This document shows positions 9,368-18,771 of a DNA stretch of 64,000 bases, in pieces. Both the position numbers and the translations under genes were made by a program. This stretch comes from Candidatus Nanoarchaeia archaeon. GTDB lineage: Archaea; Nanobdellota; Nanobdellia; Woesearchaeales; ARS49. The notes beneath the pieces are model-generated. The model was not told the DNA's origin, did no database searches, and worked only from the letters and a program-made list of their open reading frames with translations. The stretch covers positions 6,240 to 70,239 of the forward strand of contig JBGPHE010000001.1 in NCBI GenBank assembly GCA_041484255.1, read 5' to 3'. Each line of letters begins with the position of its first letter. The stretch's first letter is position 1.

Positions 9368-10483
9368 ATGGACTTTGCACGACCGAATGCTCCGACGAAC
9401 GATCCTAAGCTGATGCAGCGCAGGCCGCAGACGCAGCACAGCGCTGATGCTGAATTGGAAGAATTGCTTTCGAAGCAGCGCGCCACCATCAAGGTGGTGG
9501 GCTGCGGCGGCGGCGGTAACAACACGATCAACCGAATCACCGAAGTCGGCATTCAGGGCGCGGAAACCATCGCCGTGAACACGGACGCGCAGGACCTGCT
9601 GTACACGACGGCGGACAAGAAAATTCTCATCGGGCGCGAGGTCACGAAAGGGCTCGGCGCTGGCGCTGACCCCAAGGTCGGCGAGGAAGCCGCGCGCGAG
9701 AACGAGCACGATATCAAGACCGCGCTGCAGGGCGCGGACATGGTCTTTATCACCGCAGGCCTCGGCGGCGGCACGGGCACTGGCTCAGCGCCGGTCGTTG
9801 CCGATATCGCGAAGCGCATGGGCGCATTGACCGTCGGCGTCGTCACCATGCCGTTCGTGATGGAAGGAAACAGGCGTTATGATAACGCAGTCATCGGTCT
9901 GGAGAAATTGGAGCAGATCGTGGACACGCTCATCGTCATTCCGAACGACAAGTTGCTTGAATTGGCTCCTGATTTGCCGTTGCACACCGCGTTCAAGGTC
10001 GCGGACGAGATTCTGACGAATGCCGTCAAAGGCATCGCAGAGCTTGTCACGCGCGCAGGTCTCGTAAACCTGGACTTCGCAGACATCCGCGCAGTGATGC
10101 GCAATGGCGGCGTCGCATTGATCGGCGTCGGCGAAAGCGATTCTGAGAATCGCGCGACCGAAGCGGTCGAGAAAGCCATCAACAACCCGTTGCTCAATGT
10201 CGACATCACCGGAGCGTCTGGCGCGCTGATCAACATCGCAGGCTCCAAGGACTTGACGCTGAACGAAGCGCGCAAAGTCGTGGAAACCATCTCGTCGAAG
10301 CTCTCCGAGGATGCCAAAATCATCTGGGGCGCGCAAATCTACGAGGACCTCGGCAGCTCATTGCGTTGCATGCTCATCGTGACCGGCGTGAAGAGCCCGC
10401 AAATCTTCGGCCAGGGCAAGACGATTTCCAGCGCAGAGAAGAAGGAAATCGAAAACGAGCTCGGCATCGAGTTTGTGGATTAA
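9368..10483 (+). CDS. ftsZ: Cell division GTPase FtsZ
   Basis: Tubulin/FtsZ GTP-binding signatures GCGGGGNN and [23 protein letters not shown] at 9315-9322. Oligo-T run at 10484-10494 after the stop. Confidence 0.95.
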   Translation: MDFARPNAPTNDPKLMQRRPQTQHSADAELEELLSKQRATIKVVGCGGGGNNTINRITEVGIQGAETIAVNTDAQDLLYTTADKKILIGREVTKGLGAGADPKVGEEAARENEHDIKTALQGADMVFITAGLGGGTGTGSAPVVADIAKRMGALTVGVVTMPFVMEGNRRYDNAVIGLEKLEQIVDTLIVIPNDKLLELAPDLPLHTAFKVADEILTNAVKGIAELVTRAGLVNLDFADIRAVMRNGGVALIGVGESDSENRATEAVEKAINNPLLNVDITGASGALINIAGSKDLTLNEARKVVETISSKLSEDAKIIWGAQIYEDLGSSLRCMLIVTGVKSPQIFGQGKTISSAEKKEIENELGIEFVD

Positions 10484-10494
10484 TTTTTTCTTTT
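10484..10494 (+). terminator. Oligo-T archaeal-type terminator after ftsZ (TTTTTTCTTTT)
   Basis: T-run immediately after the TAA. Confidence 0.4.
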
Positions 10495-10503
10495 ACTCGA
10501 AAT

Positions 10504-10512
10504 CTATATAAA
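10504..10512 (+). promoter_or_regulatory. TATA box CTATATAAA for the AT-rich island gene
   Basis: 22 bp upstream of the ATG at 10534. Confidence 0.45.
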
Positions 10513-10533
10513 GCCGCTTTTATTAAGAGCGTC

Positions 10534-11298
10534 ATGAAAAAGCAGTTATGCCTTATCTGGCTCGTTTTACTCTTGACCCCTTTAGTGCTTGCAGATGATT
10601 TTCCAGTAGACGTCAACGCAAACATTAGCACAAAGGAGATTAAAGATGCGTATGTTGTGGGCGACTTTTTCTATTACGACATCACGTTATCGTATAGAGG
10701 GGAGAAACCAGTAAACAACACATTCACAGTCAACATTCTCAAACCGAATAACGCAATAGTAAGCACAATCAACTACCCGTTTGAGCTTCAACCGAACACA
10801 AGCGTAGAAATAATCACGAAAGGTGCAACAAAAGGGAACGAAACAAACTGGTATTACCCATTTGACATTGAAGGAGACTACGAGATAGAAATAGTATCCG
10901 CAATTCCTGTCGACTTTTATCGATGGTTCCCAATAAGTAATGATGCCAACACCAAATCGGCAATTAGACAAACGAAGTTTACACAATTCTTTGATGTAAT
11001 GCCTCGCTGGCAATACACATTATGGAAGCGAACTGAAAAAACGAATGAAGATGCGCAAAAGGCGAATGACGAGATGCTTAAATTAAACAAAGACGCTAAT
11101 AAGACAAATTTGATTATGCTTGTCATTACGTTTTTTGCTTTGTTTATCTCAGGTGCAGATCTTATACGGCAAATTCGTAAAGATAATGAGAAAACCAAGC
11201 TTGGATGTTTCTTACAAGCCGTCGAGATTGCGTTTTGGCTTGTTGGTTTTTACTTTTTGATTCACGTGCTTCTAATTTTTATTAATAACGGAATTTAA
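10534..11298 (+). CDS. Secreted/membrane protein of unknown function encoded in an AT-rich island
   Basis: N-terminal signal peptide MKKQLCLIWLVLLLTPLVLA and C-terminal TM helices. TATA CTATATAAA at 10504-10512, 22 bp upstream. The ORF-track TTG start at 10366 would overlap ftsZ and is rejected. Confidence 0.5.
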   Translation: MKKQLCLIWLVLLLTPLVLADDFPVDVNANISTKEIKDAYVVGDFFYYDITLSYRGEKPVNNTFTVNILKPNNAIVSTINYPFELQPNTSVEIITKGATKGNETNWYYPFDIEGDYEIEIVSAIPVDFYRWFPISNDANTKSAIRQTKFTQFFDVMPRWQYTLWKRTEKTNEDAQKANDEMLKLNKDANKTNLIMLVITFFALFISGADLIRQIRKDNEKTKLGCFLQAVEIAFWLVGFYFLIHVLLIFINNGI

Positions 11299-11325
11299 AC
11301 TGACTAACACACAATTGCTCGAAAT

Positions 11326-11333
11326 CTATATAA
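11326..11333 (+). promoter_or_regulatory. TATA box CTATATAA for secE
   Basis: 24 bp upstream of the ATG at 11357. Confidence 0.45.
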
Positions 11334-11356
11334 ACTGACTATTAGTTTTGAACTCT

Positions 11357-11710
11357 ATGAGCAACGAAAAGAAGCTTCCTGAATCAGAAGCGCAGATTCC
11401 GACGGTTCCCGAGCCCAAGCTCGACCCGTCCGAAGTCTCTGCCGAGCTCGAGAACGAGCCTCAGGAAATCGCCAAGCCCACTTCGTCGCAAGTCTATGTC
11501 CCGAAGAGCGCTGGCGCAGTGGAAGTCAAGCCTTCCAAGATCCAGAAACTCAAGGACTTCTGGGTCGAGTGCGTCCGCGTCATCCGCGTGACCAAGAAGC
11601 CCGACAAAGGAGAATACAAGACCATCGTCAAGATCTCCGGCATCGGCATGGCTGTCATCGGCTTTATCGGGTTCTTCATCCACTTCCTCAAGGAACTCTT
11701 CTTCCACTGA
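11357..11710 (+). CDS. secE: Preprotein translocase subunit SecE (Sec61 gamma)
   Basis: C-terminal ...KLKDFWVECVRVIRVTKKPDKGEYKTIVKISGIGMAVIGFIGFFIHF matches the archaeal SecE amphipathic plus TM region. Sits just upstream of spt5-rpl11. TATA at 11326-11333. Confidence 0.7.
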   Translation: MSNEKKLPESEAQIPTVPEPKLDPSEVSAELENEPQEIAKPTSSQVYVPKSAGAVEVKPSKIQKLKDFWVECVRVIRVTKKPDKGEYKTIVKISGIGMAVIGFIGFFIHFLKELFFH

Positions 11711-11793
11711 GCCCGTACGAAAGCTTTTTAAACACCCCTTCGATTTCAAGAGTATTCTTCTGGCTTGAACGTTTCGAGCTAGGGTCCGGAAAC

Positions 11794-12366
11794 ATGGCTG
11801 ACGAACAACCTGCAAAGGCAATCGGAACGCTTATTTTTGCGCTGCGCACGACGGCAAACCGCGAAGACCAGGTCATGGACTTCGTGGCGAGCAATGTCAA
11901 GAAGCGCAACCTGGACGTTTTCGCAGTCATCAGGCCGCACGGCATGCGCGGCTATATCTTCCTCGAGGCTCTCGATCGCCAGGCCGCTGAGCAGGCGGCA
12001 TTCAACGTCCCGTACGCGCGCGGCATCCTGCCGAAGGAAATCGAATACAAGGAAATCGAGCACATGCTCGAGCAGGTCAAGCGCGAAGTCGACATCCGCG
12101 TCAATGACATCGTCGAAATCATCACCGGCCCGTTCAAGCGCGAACAGGCCAAGATCAAGCGCCTCGACAAGGCAAAGGAAGAAGTCGTCGTCGAGCTTCT
12201 CGGCGCGGCGGTTCCGATTCCGATCACCGTCAAGATGGACGCAGTCAAGGTCATCCGCCGCGACACCGCGGGCGGAGAGTCCAAGCCGGAAGAGACGTCC
12301 GAAGAGGACGAGATGCCCGAGGCGCCGTCGGGTGGCGGCGGACCCCTGGGCCCGCTCGGACCGTAA
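11794..12366 (+). CDS. spt5: Transcription elongation factor Spt5 (NusG homolog) with acidic Gly/Pro-rich C-terminal tail
   Basis: NGN domain (IFALRTTANREDQVMDFV...) followed by a KOW motif (DIVEIITGPFKREQAKIKRLD). Position between secE and rpl11 fits the conserved cluster. Confidence 0.85.
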   Translation: MADEQPAKAIGTLIFALRTTANREDQVMDFVASNVKKRNLDVFAVIRPHGMRGYIFLEALDRQAAEQAAFNVPYARGILPKEIEYKEIEHMLEQVKREVDIRVNDIVEIITGPFKREQAKIKRLDKAKEEVVVELLGAAVPIPITVKMDAVKVIRRDTAGGESKPEETSEEDEMPEAPSGGGGPLGPLGP

Positions 12367-12368
12367 GC

Positions 12369-12376
12369 TTTATAAC
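12369..12376 (+). promoter_or_regulatory. TATA box TTTATAAC for rpl11
   Basis: 23 bp upstream of the ATG at 12399, immediately after the spt5 stop. Confidence 0.4.
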
Positions 12377-12398
12377 ACGTTCATAGGTTTTCAAAAAC

Positions 12399-13187
12399 AT
12401 GGCCAAGCAAAGCATCGAGCAACTCGTGGAAGGCGGAAAAGCGTCAGCTGCGCCTCCGCTCGGTCCGGCGCTCGGCCCGATGGGCGTCAATATCGGCCAG
12501 GTTATCCAGGAAATCAACAAGAAGACCGCGGCATTCAAGGGAATGCAGGTTCCCGTCAAGATCACCGTCGACACCGATGACAAGTCGTTCACCATCGAAG
12601 TCGGCACTCCTCCTGTTTCTGCATTGATCAAGAAAGAAGCCAACATCGAGAAGGGCTCGGGCGCACCGAACGTCGACAAGGTCGCCGACCTCAAGATCGA
12701 GCAAATCATCAAGATCGCAAAGATGAAGGCCGACGCATTGCTCGGCAAGGACATGTTCGCAAAGGTCAAGGAAGTCATCGGCACGTGCACGTCCATGGGC
12801 GTGCTTGTCGAGGGCAAGGAGCCCCGCGCAATCATCGCCGAAATCAACGACGGCGGATTTTCCGTGGAAATCAAGTCCGAGAAGACCGAATTGTCGGCCG
12901 AAGAGCTCAAGCAGCTCGATGAAGAGCGCAAGAAGCTCCAGGAAGACATCACCAAGCGTCGCGCGGAATTGGAAGCGCTCGCCAAGAAGATCATCGCCGA
13001 GTTCACGGGCAAGCCGCGTGGAGAAATCAAGGCCAAGCTCATCGAAGCCAAGATCCCCACCCTTATCATCGACGAATTGCTGCCCGTGGAAAGCGCTGCT
13101 GCGCCTGGCGGAGCTGCTGCTGCAGGCGGCGCGAAGGGCGCTGCTCCGGCGGCTGGCGGCGAGAAGAAGGAAGCCGCGAAGAAGTAA
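12399..13187 (+). CDS. rpl11: Ribosomal protein L11 (uL11) with an unusual C-terminal extension of about 100 aa
   Basis: L11 signature [16 protein letters not shown]. At 262 aa it is far longer than the usual about 160 aa. TATA at 12369-12376. T-run 13188-13200 after the stop. Confidence 0.85.
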   Translation: MAKQSIEQLVEGGKASAAPPLGPALGPMGVNIGQVIQEINKKTAAFKGMQVPVKITVDTDDKSFTIEVGTPPVSALIKKEANIEKGSGAPNVDKVADLKIEQIIKIAKMKADALLGKDMFAKVKEVIGTCTSMGVLVEGKEPRAIIAEINDGGFSVEIKSEKTELSAEELKQLDEERKKLQEDITKRRAELEALAKKIIAEFTGKPRGEIKAKLIEAKIPTLIIDELLPVESAAAPGGAAAAGGAKGAAPAAGGEKKEAAKK

Positions 13188-13200
13188 TTTTTGTTCTTTT
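13188..13200 (+). terminator. Oligo-T terminator after rpl11 (TTTTTGTTCTTTT)
   Basis: T-run immediately after the TAA. Confidence 0.4.
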
Positions 13201-13237
13201 CTCGGAAGTAAATGTTTAAATAGGAGAACATTCGTTC

Positions 13238-13801
13238 TTGCACGCTATGGCAGTCAACTGGAAGCGCATACTCACATGGGTTATCGCGCTCGCCGTTCTG
13301 ACCGCGATCATTTACGCGCTCATTATAGCATTCAGCACGCCTCCGTCTCCGACCGAGCTAATGCTGGACACGATCGTCCTGCACGAGACCAACGAAACGG
13401 TCCAGCGCGCCCAGCTCATCACCGAGATGGACGATATCGTCCGCGAGCTGAAGGACCCTGCGATCTCCGCGCAGTGGGCAGGGCTGACGAACTGCGTTTC
13501 GGGCAATGTCTGCACGCAGGACGACTACTTTGACTTCCTCCTGATGGTCGCCATCGAGAAGCAGAAGGAAGTGCCGCACGCGGAACTGATCGCGAATGCC
13601 ATCACTGTGAACCGCTACTGGGGCAATTCCGAGAAGATCATCGACTTCTCCAAGGCATTGAGCGACGCGAACACCGAAGTGGAGCAGCTCGGCCTGAAGA
13701 CGATCGCCAACAAGTGGCGCGACATCGTCGCCTGCGACGGCAAGTGCCCGCAATATCACGATTTGTTCTTTGACTTCAACCGGCTGTTGCTGTCAGTGTG
13801 A
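13238..13801 (+). CDS. Hypothetical membrane-anchored protein (N-terminal TM, Cys-containing ectodomain)
   Basis: ORF with one N-terminal hydrophobic helix (ILTWVIALAVLTAIIYALIIAF). TATA-like TTTAAATA at 13215-13222. Confidence 0.4.
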   Translation: MHAMAVNWKRILTWVIALAVLTAIIYALIIAFSTPPSPTELMLDTIVLHETNETVQRAQLITEMDDIVRELKDPAISAQWAGLTNCVSGNVCTQDDYFDFLLMVAIEKQKEVPHAELIANAITVNRYWGNSEKIIDFSKALSDANTEVEQLGLKTIANKWRDIVACDGKCPQYHDLFFDFNRLLLSV

Positions 13802-13839
13802 GCCGAAGCTTTTTATAGAGCGGAATGCTTCTCAGAACC

Positions 13840-14157
13840 ATGTCCAAGGAATTTTATAACGGCGAAGAAACTGGAATGTATGCGCGTTCTGAGTTTTCTA
13901 AAGTGATGCAATCATACAAAGCAGAATTGGTTGCGGAACAACAACCAATTGAGCCATACTTGCAATCAGCAAGTATTTGGCATCTCAAAGGCGTGACGCT
14001 CCACTACCGCGCAGGCTTCGGTTTTGACGCGCGTCAGCAAGTCGTACCCAACTGCGCAGAGCTCATCGCCCATGGCACGCCTGAAGGCATCGCAACAATC
14101 GAGGGCATCATTAAATCAGAAGAACAGAAGCACGCCCCGGTTGCCAAATCCTTATAA
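13840..14157 (+). CDS. Hypothetical protein (about 105 aa)
   Basis: ORF. Start moved to the ATG at 13840 because a TATA-like TTTTTATAG at 13810-13818 lies too close to the 13825 ATG. Confidence 0.3.
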   Translation: MSKEFYNGEETGMYARSEFSKVMQSYKAELVAEQQPIEPYLQSASIWHLKGVTLHYRAGFGFDARQQVVPNCAELIAHGTPEGIATIEGIIKSEEQKHAPVAKSL

Positions 14158-14180
14158 ACCGTTCTTTTCTTCTTGTAGTC

Positions 14181-15128
14181 ATGTTCGAGCTGAAGCCTAT
14201 TCCGAATACGGAAACCATCGAGTTCAAGCCCAAGTTCATTGAGCGCTATAGCAAGCTGACCAACTGGGACGAGTACAAGAAGTTCTCGCTGAGCTTTCTG
14301 AGGAAGAGTATCCGCATCAACACGCTCAAGAAGCCGGTGCAAGAAGTGATTGGCCGCCTGGAGAAGGACTGGAACTTTGAGCAGGTGCCGTGGTGCAAGG
14401 AAGGGTTCTGGATTGAGCACAAGCGCGGCCGTCTCGACGTGGGCAACACCGTGGAGCACACGCTCGGCTATTACTACGTGCAGGAAGCTGCCTCGATGAT
14501 TCCTCCGCTCGTGCTTGACCCGCAGCCCGGCGAACGTGTATTAGACATGGCTGCGGCTCCGGGAAGCAAAGCGTCGCAGATGGCGCAGATGATGAAGAAC
14601 GAAGGCATCCTGATCGCAAACGACGTCGCGGGAATCCGCCTGGCGGCGCTCGGCATCAACCTCCAGCGCTGCGGCGTGCTCAATGCAATCACGACGCAGA
14701 TGATGGGTGAGCAGATGAAGGACGCGCAGTATGACAAAATCCTGTTGGACGCGCCGTGCTCGGGCTCGGGCACCATCCGCAAGAGCCTCAAGACCATCAG
14801 AATGTGGAATCCTGAAATGATCAAGCGCATCGCGGCCATGCAGCGCAAGCTGATTCTGGTCGCGTACAAGCTCCTCGCGCCGGGCGGAACGCTCGTGTAC
14901 AGCACGTGCTCGACCGAGCCTGAGGAAGACGAGGCGATTGTCAGTTTCCTGCTGGACAACACGGACGCGCAGGCGGTTCCGATCGAGCTGAACCTCAAGC
15001 ACGGCCCTGCGGTCGCGGAATTCGAAGGCAATGTCTACCGAAAAGAAGTTAAACACTGCCTGCGTCTGTGGCCTCAGGATAATGACACCGAAGGGTTTTT
15101 CGTCGCAAAGATTGTGAAGCCACAATGA
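14181..15128 (+). CDS. RNA (cytosine-C5)-methyltransferase, NOL1/NOP2/Sun family (RsmB/Trm4-like)
   Basis: SAM-binding DMAAAPGSK, catalytic DAPCSGSG and TCS motifs. TATA CTTATAAA at 14151-14158. Confidence 0.85.
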   Translation: MFELKPIPNTETIEFKPKFIERYSKLTNWDEYKKFSLSFLRKSIRINTLKKPVQEVIGRLEKDWNFEQVPWCKEGFWIEHKRGRLDVGNTVEHTLGYYYVQEAASMIPPLVLDPQPGERVLDMAAAPGSKASQMAQMMKNEGILIANDVAGIRLAALGINLQRCGVLNAITTQMMGEQMKDAQYDKILLDAPCSGSGTIRKSLKTIRMWNPEMIKRIAAMQRKLILVAYKLLAPGGTLVYSTCSTEPEEDEAIVSFLLDNTDAQAVPIELNLKHGPAVAEFEGNVYRKEVKHCLRLWPQDNDTEGFFVAKIVKPQ

Positions 15129-15319
15129 AAACGATGCATCATTTGCTGACGCGGTACACGATTATGGTCGTGTTATTCGTCATTCTGTTCACGTTCGTCA
15201 TCTATTCGACCAATCCGAGCGCAGGAGAAGTGTTCAATATGGCATTGTCCATCGCGATGTTTGCGCTCATCCCGTTCGGATTGATTTATCTCATCTGGCG
15301 CCACCAGAAGCACCACTGA
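15125..15319 (+). CDS. Small hydrophobic membrane protein (64 aa)
   Basis: ATGA overlap with the upstream stop; two predicted TM helices. Weak support. Confidence 0.3.
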   Translation: MKTMHHLLTRYTIMVVLFVILFTFVIYSTNPSAGEVFNMALSIAMFALIPFGLIYLIWRHQKHH

Positions 15320-15393
15320 ATTCTGCAGTCTCCAGACGATAAAAGCTTATTAATCCGTCACTATTCGCGAATAGTACTAGTGGGGGTACACTG

Positions 15394-17175
15394 ATGACAA
15401 GCAATCCTATCATCGCGGCGCATTTGAAGAGAACCGGCGGCTATCAGGACGTCAATCCCGTCATTCTTACATCCGGCGAGATCGGCATCTATTACGTCAA
15501 CACCGAGAAGCTCATCGAAGACAATGGCGAGTTCATCGACTACGGCGACAATGCCGGCGATATGTACAAACACGCCATCAGCATGATGGACAAGAACAAG
15601 AACTTCCGCCAAATCATCGAGATTCTCGCAGACACGGCAAAGACCCTGCTGCCGCACGATAACGCGGCCATTTCCGGCGGCCAGCGCCGCGACTGGCTGT
15701 TTTCAGCGCCCGTGGCAAAGCTGCTCGGCGTGCCGCACATCTCACTCTACAAGCAGGAAGACGGAAAGGAAGACCGCATCGAGGTGCACGCGAACGGCGG
15801 AACCCGCCAGCACATCTCCATCAAGGACTTCCACGTGGTCCACGTCGCAGACCTCATCACTGAGGGCTCGAGCTACTACACTGGCAAGGACGGCAAAGTG
15901 AGCGGCTGGCTGCCGATGCTCGCGCAGGCAGGTGCGAAGGTCAAGGACTCGCTCATCGTCGCGACCCGCCTGCAGGGCGGCGAGGAAATGCTCCGCGAGC
16001 GCGGCGTTACCGCGCACACGTTTGTCTCGATCGATGACACGTTCTTGCAGGAGCACTCGAACAATCCTGAGCGCGCAGTCGCGTACTTCAAGGATCCGGA
16101 GAAGTGGAGCAAGGAATACTTGAGCACGAACGGCGCTCGCGCGCTGGCCAAGAACTTTGACCCGTGCGGCAAGAATGTTGACCGCGCCAGCAAGTTCATG
16201 TCGCGCTACATCGGTCACCTCCTGGACGTCGGCAAGCTGCACGAGCTCGATGACTTGGTCGCCGAGCACTACGGTATATCTGCGCGAAAGATTGCCACCG
16301 GCGTCACGCGCTACGCAAAGGGCGACACGTTCGCAGACAAGTGGGACCGCGCCGTGCAGGAAAAGAATTCCAATCTCTGCATCGGTTTGGACCCGGTTGA
16401 ATACTGGCAGCGCCAGGACAAGACGCTTCCGGAAGGCGCGAACAAGCTCGAATGGTGCCTCGCATACATTGACAAGGTCGCGGAGTTCGCTGCCGCAGTC
16501 AAGCCCAACCGCAAATTCATGGCAGACTTGTCGCGCGAGGACCGCAAGGTGCTGACAGACCACATCCGCGCGCGCGGCTTGGTCTCGATTGACGACGAAA
16601 AGCTCGCGGACATCGGCGACACGAACGATTCAGGCCTCTACCACACGTGGAACGAAGGCTATGACGCCGTGACGTACTCGCCGTTCCCGGGCAACGTGCA
16701 GGAAGCAGCAGTGCAGGCGCACAAGCGCGGCCTCGGCCTCATCGGCATGTGCATCATGAGCAATCCTGAGCACAAGCGGGAGAAGAACAAGTGGGTCGAG
16801 GTTGCTGCAGACGAAGAGAGCGAGTACAACTTCACCGACCTTCATCTGATGGAAGGCACCCAGCACGTCCGCCAGTATGTCCAGCTCGCGAAGGACGCGG
16901 CAAAGTACAACTGGGACGGCATCGTCATCGGCGCGCCGAGCAAGAAGAACCACATCACCGAGGACGAAGTGCGCAGGATCAACCGCTATGTCGGACCGCG
17001 GATGAAGGTCCTGATGCCCGGCATCGGCACCCAGCAGGGCGAAGCCCAGCTGATCGTGGACATTTTCGGCTGGAAGAACGTCATCGCGAACGTGGGCTCG
17101 GCAGTGATGTATGCCAAGGACCCGGTCAGCGAAGCCGCGAAGTACCGCGACATGCTGAACTCGCTGAGAAAATAG
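15394..17175 (+). CDS. pyrEF: Bifunctional orotate phosphoribosyltransferase / orotidine-5'-phosphate decarboxylase (PyrE-PyrF fusion, UMP-synthase-like)
   Basis: N-terminal half carries PRTase elements (ILTSGEIGIYYVN; PRPP loop VVHVADLITEGSS). C-terminal half carries OMP-decarboxylase signatures (NLCIGLDP; DEKLADIGDT). 593 aa in one frame. Confidence 0.7.
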   Translation: MTSNPIIAAHLKRTGGYQDVNPVILTSGEIGIYYVNTEKLIEDNGEFIDYGDNAGDMYKHAISMMDKNKNFRQIIEILADTAKTLLPHDNAAISGGQRRDWLFSAPVAKLLGVPHISLYKQEDGKEDRIEVHANGGTRQHISIKDFHVVHVADLITEGSSYYTGKDGKVSGWLPMLAQAGAKVKDSLIVATRLQGGEEMLRERGVTAHTFVSIDDTFLQEHSNNPERAVAYFKDPEKWSKEYLSTNGARALAKNFDPCGKNVDRASKFMSRYIGHLLDVGKLHELDDLVAEHYGISARKIATGVTRYAKGDTFADKWDRAVQEKNSNLCIGLDPVEYWQRQDKTLPEGANKLEWCLAYIDKVAEFAAAVKPNRKFMADLSREDRKVLTDHIRARGLVSIDDEKLADIGDTNDSGLYHTWNEGYDAVTYSPFPGNVQEAAVQAHKRGLGLIGMCIMSNPEHKREKNKWVEVAADEESEYNFTDLHLMEGTQHVRQYVQLAKDAAKYNWDGIVIGAPSKKNHITEDEVRRINRYVGPRMKVLMPGIGTQQGEAQLIVDIFGWKNVIANVGSAVMYAKDPVSEAAKYRDMLNSLRK

Positions 17176-17190
17176 TTTTTTCTTTTATTT
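17176..17190. terminator. T-rich run (TTTTTTCTTTTATTT) shared by convergent pyrEF and the 2-hydroxyacid dehydrogenase gene
   Basis: Lies between or over the two stop codons at 17173-17175 (plus) and 17185-17187 (minus). Confidence 0.4.
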
Positions 17191-18150
17191 GACCGTATTC
17201 GCCGGCTTGCCGGCGAGGAACGCGTTGATATTGTCGACCGTGGTGTCGAGGATGCGCTGCAGCGCTTCGCGGCTGTAGAACGCAGAGTGCGGCGTGATGT
17301 ACGCGCGCGGGTCGCTGAGCAGGATGGAGCACGTCTTGCTGGTCGTTCCTTCTTTGATGTCGCATTCTTCCTCGAGCACGTCGGTTCCGACGCCGCGCAG
17401 GATGCCTTTGTTCAGCCCTTCCACGAGCGCGGCGGTTTCCACGACCGCGCCGCGCGCGGTGTTGATGACGATTGCTCCTTTCTTGACCTTGGAAATGTTC
17501 TTGCGGTTGAGCATGTGGGTTGTTTCAGGCAGCAGCGGAACATGGAACGTGATGACGTCGGACTGCGCGAGCAGTTTTTCGAACGGAACGTACTCGATGC
17601 CGCATTCCTTGGCCCATTCTTTGTTCGGGAAGGCGTCGTACGCGAGGACTTTCATGCCGAAGCCTTCGCCGCCGATGTGCGCGACGTTTCTCCCGATCTT
17701 TCCTGTGCCGACCACACCGAGCGTCTTGCCGTGGATGTCGGTGCCGAGCAGGCCTTCGAAGTCAAAGCGGCCTTCGCGCGTGCGCTGCACGCTTTCCACG
17801 ATGCGGCGCGTGACCGAAAGCAGCAATGCGAACGTGTGCTCGGCGACCGTGTGCTCGCCGTAGCTGGGCACATTGCACACCGTGATCTTCTTTTTGGCGC
17901 AGAACGGCAGGTCGATGTGGTCAAAGCCCGTGCTCATCGTGGTGATGAGCTTGACCTTGGGCATTTTCGCGATGAGGTCTTTGCCGACTTTGGAATAGAT
18001 GAACGTGGCAAAGATGTCTGCGGCTTTCGCCTGAGAGACATTCTTGTCCGAGAGCGAGCCGTCGATGAAGACGAGCGTGTGCTTGGGCAGTTTTTTCTTG
18101 ACGTAGTCTTCCTGCCACGGCTCCAGCTGGTCGAACGCGATGGTTGCCAT
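17185..18150 (-). CDS. D-isomer-specific 2-hydroxyacid dehydrogenase (D-lactate/glycerate/phosphoglycerate dehydrogenase family)
   Basis: Rossmann motif GVVGTGKIGRNVA and the conserved catalytic region ...ARGAVVET..L. Convergent with pyrEF. Confidence 0.85.
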   Translation of the reverse strand: MATIAFDQLEPWQEDYVKKKLPKHTLVFIDGSLSDKNVSQAKAADIFATFIYSKVGKDLIAKMPKVKLITTMSTGFDHIDLPFCAKKKITVCNVPSYGEHTVAEHTFALLLSVTRRIVESVQRTREGRFDFEGLLGTDIHGKTLGVVGTGKIGRNVAHIGGEGFGMKVLAYDAFPNKEWAKECGIEYVPFEKLLAQSDVITFHVPLLPETTHMLNRKNISKVKKGAIVINTARGAVVETAALVEGLNKGILRGVGTDVLEEECDIKEGTTSKTCSILLSDPRAYITPHSAFYSREALQRILDTTVDNINAFLAGKPANTVK

Positions 18151-18186
18151 TGCTGCAACGGAAGAATGCGCGTATTTAAGCGTTTC

Positions 18187-18771
18187 TTACTTCTTCGGCC
18201 TGCCGAGAATGTCGTTCACGAGCTTCGTGCGGATGGAGGAGTAGTCCGCAATCTTCTGGTCGACGCGGTTCAGTTCTATATTGACCGGAATCGCGTAGCC
18301 CGAGTGCGCGGCAGTCAGGCTTACATAGCCCTTGAGCTGGATGTAGAATCCGCGCAGCGGGTGCAGTTCGTCAAGCGAGGAATCGACCAGATTGAGCCGG
18401 TCGGTCTTTGCCGTGAGCTGCGAGCGAAGCTGATCGTAATTGGCGACTTTCGCGAATATCCGGTCAGTCTTGTCCTTTGCGATAAAAGGCATGGAATTCT
18501 TGAGCATGCGGTCCATGTCGGTGTGGAACATCGGCTGGTAGGGCGGCGGATCGTAGTGCTCGATGTCGGCGAACAAGTCCTTGGGCGTGGGCTTTTCCGG
18601 CTCGGGCGGCACGATAATCGCGCGAGAAAGCATCAGGTTCGCGCGATCGCGGCTCATGCGCTCGGTCTCGCGCTGGAACGCGCCGATGAAGTCAAATCCC
18701 TCGGCAGAAACGCGGTCTTCGAGGCGCTTGCCATCCAACGGATTGCGCCAGTCGCTGTGTTTTTCACCCAT
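18187..18771 (-). CDS. Hypothetical protein
   Basis: ORF. The start at 18771 (MGEKHSDW...) is chosen over the longer ORF-track start. Confidence 0.35.
   Translation of the reverse strand: MGEKHSDWRNPLDGKRLEDRVSAEGFDFIGAFQRETERMSRDRANLMLSRAIIVPPEPEKPTPKDLFADIEHYDPPPYQPMFHTDMDRMLKNSMPFIAKDKTDRIFAKVANYDQLRSQLTAKTDRLNLVDSSLDELHPLRGFYIQLKGYVSLTAAHSGYAIPVNIELNRVDQKIADYSSIRTKLVNDILGRPKK

Noticed and set aside
10366-10533. TTG-initiated 5' extension of the island gene overlapping the ftsZ 3' end
   Set aside because: The extension is Arg-rich and GC-rich, unlike the AT-rich CDS. A TATA box at 10504-10512 sits correctly for the ATG at 10534, and a signal peptide starts there.
11837-13243. Alternate-frame ORFs (247 aa plus, 330 aa minus) overlapping spt5 and rpl11
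   Set aside because: Ser/Arg/Ala-rich low-complexity translations overlapping genes with strong signatures (KOW; L11 [13 protein letters not shown]).
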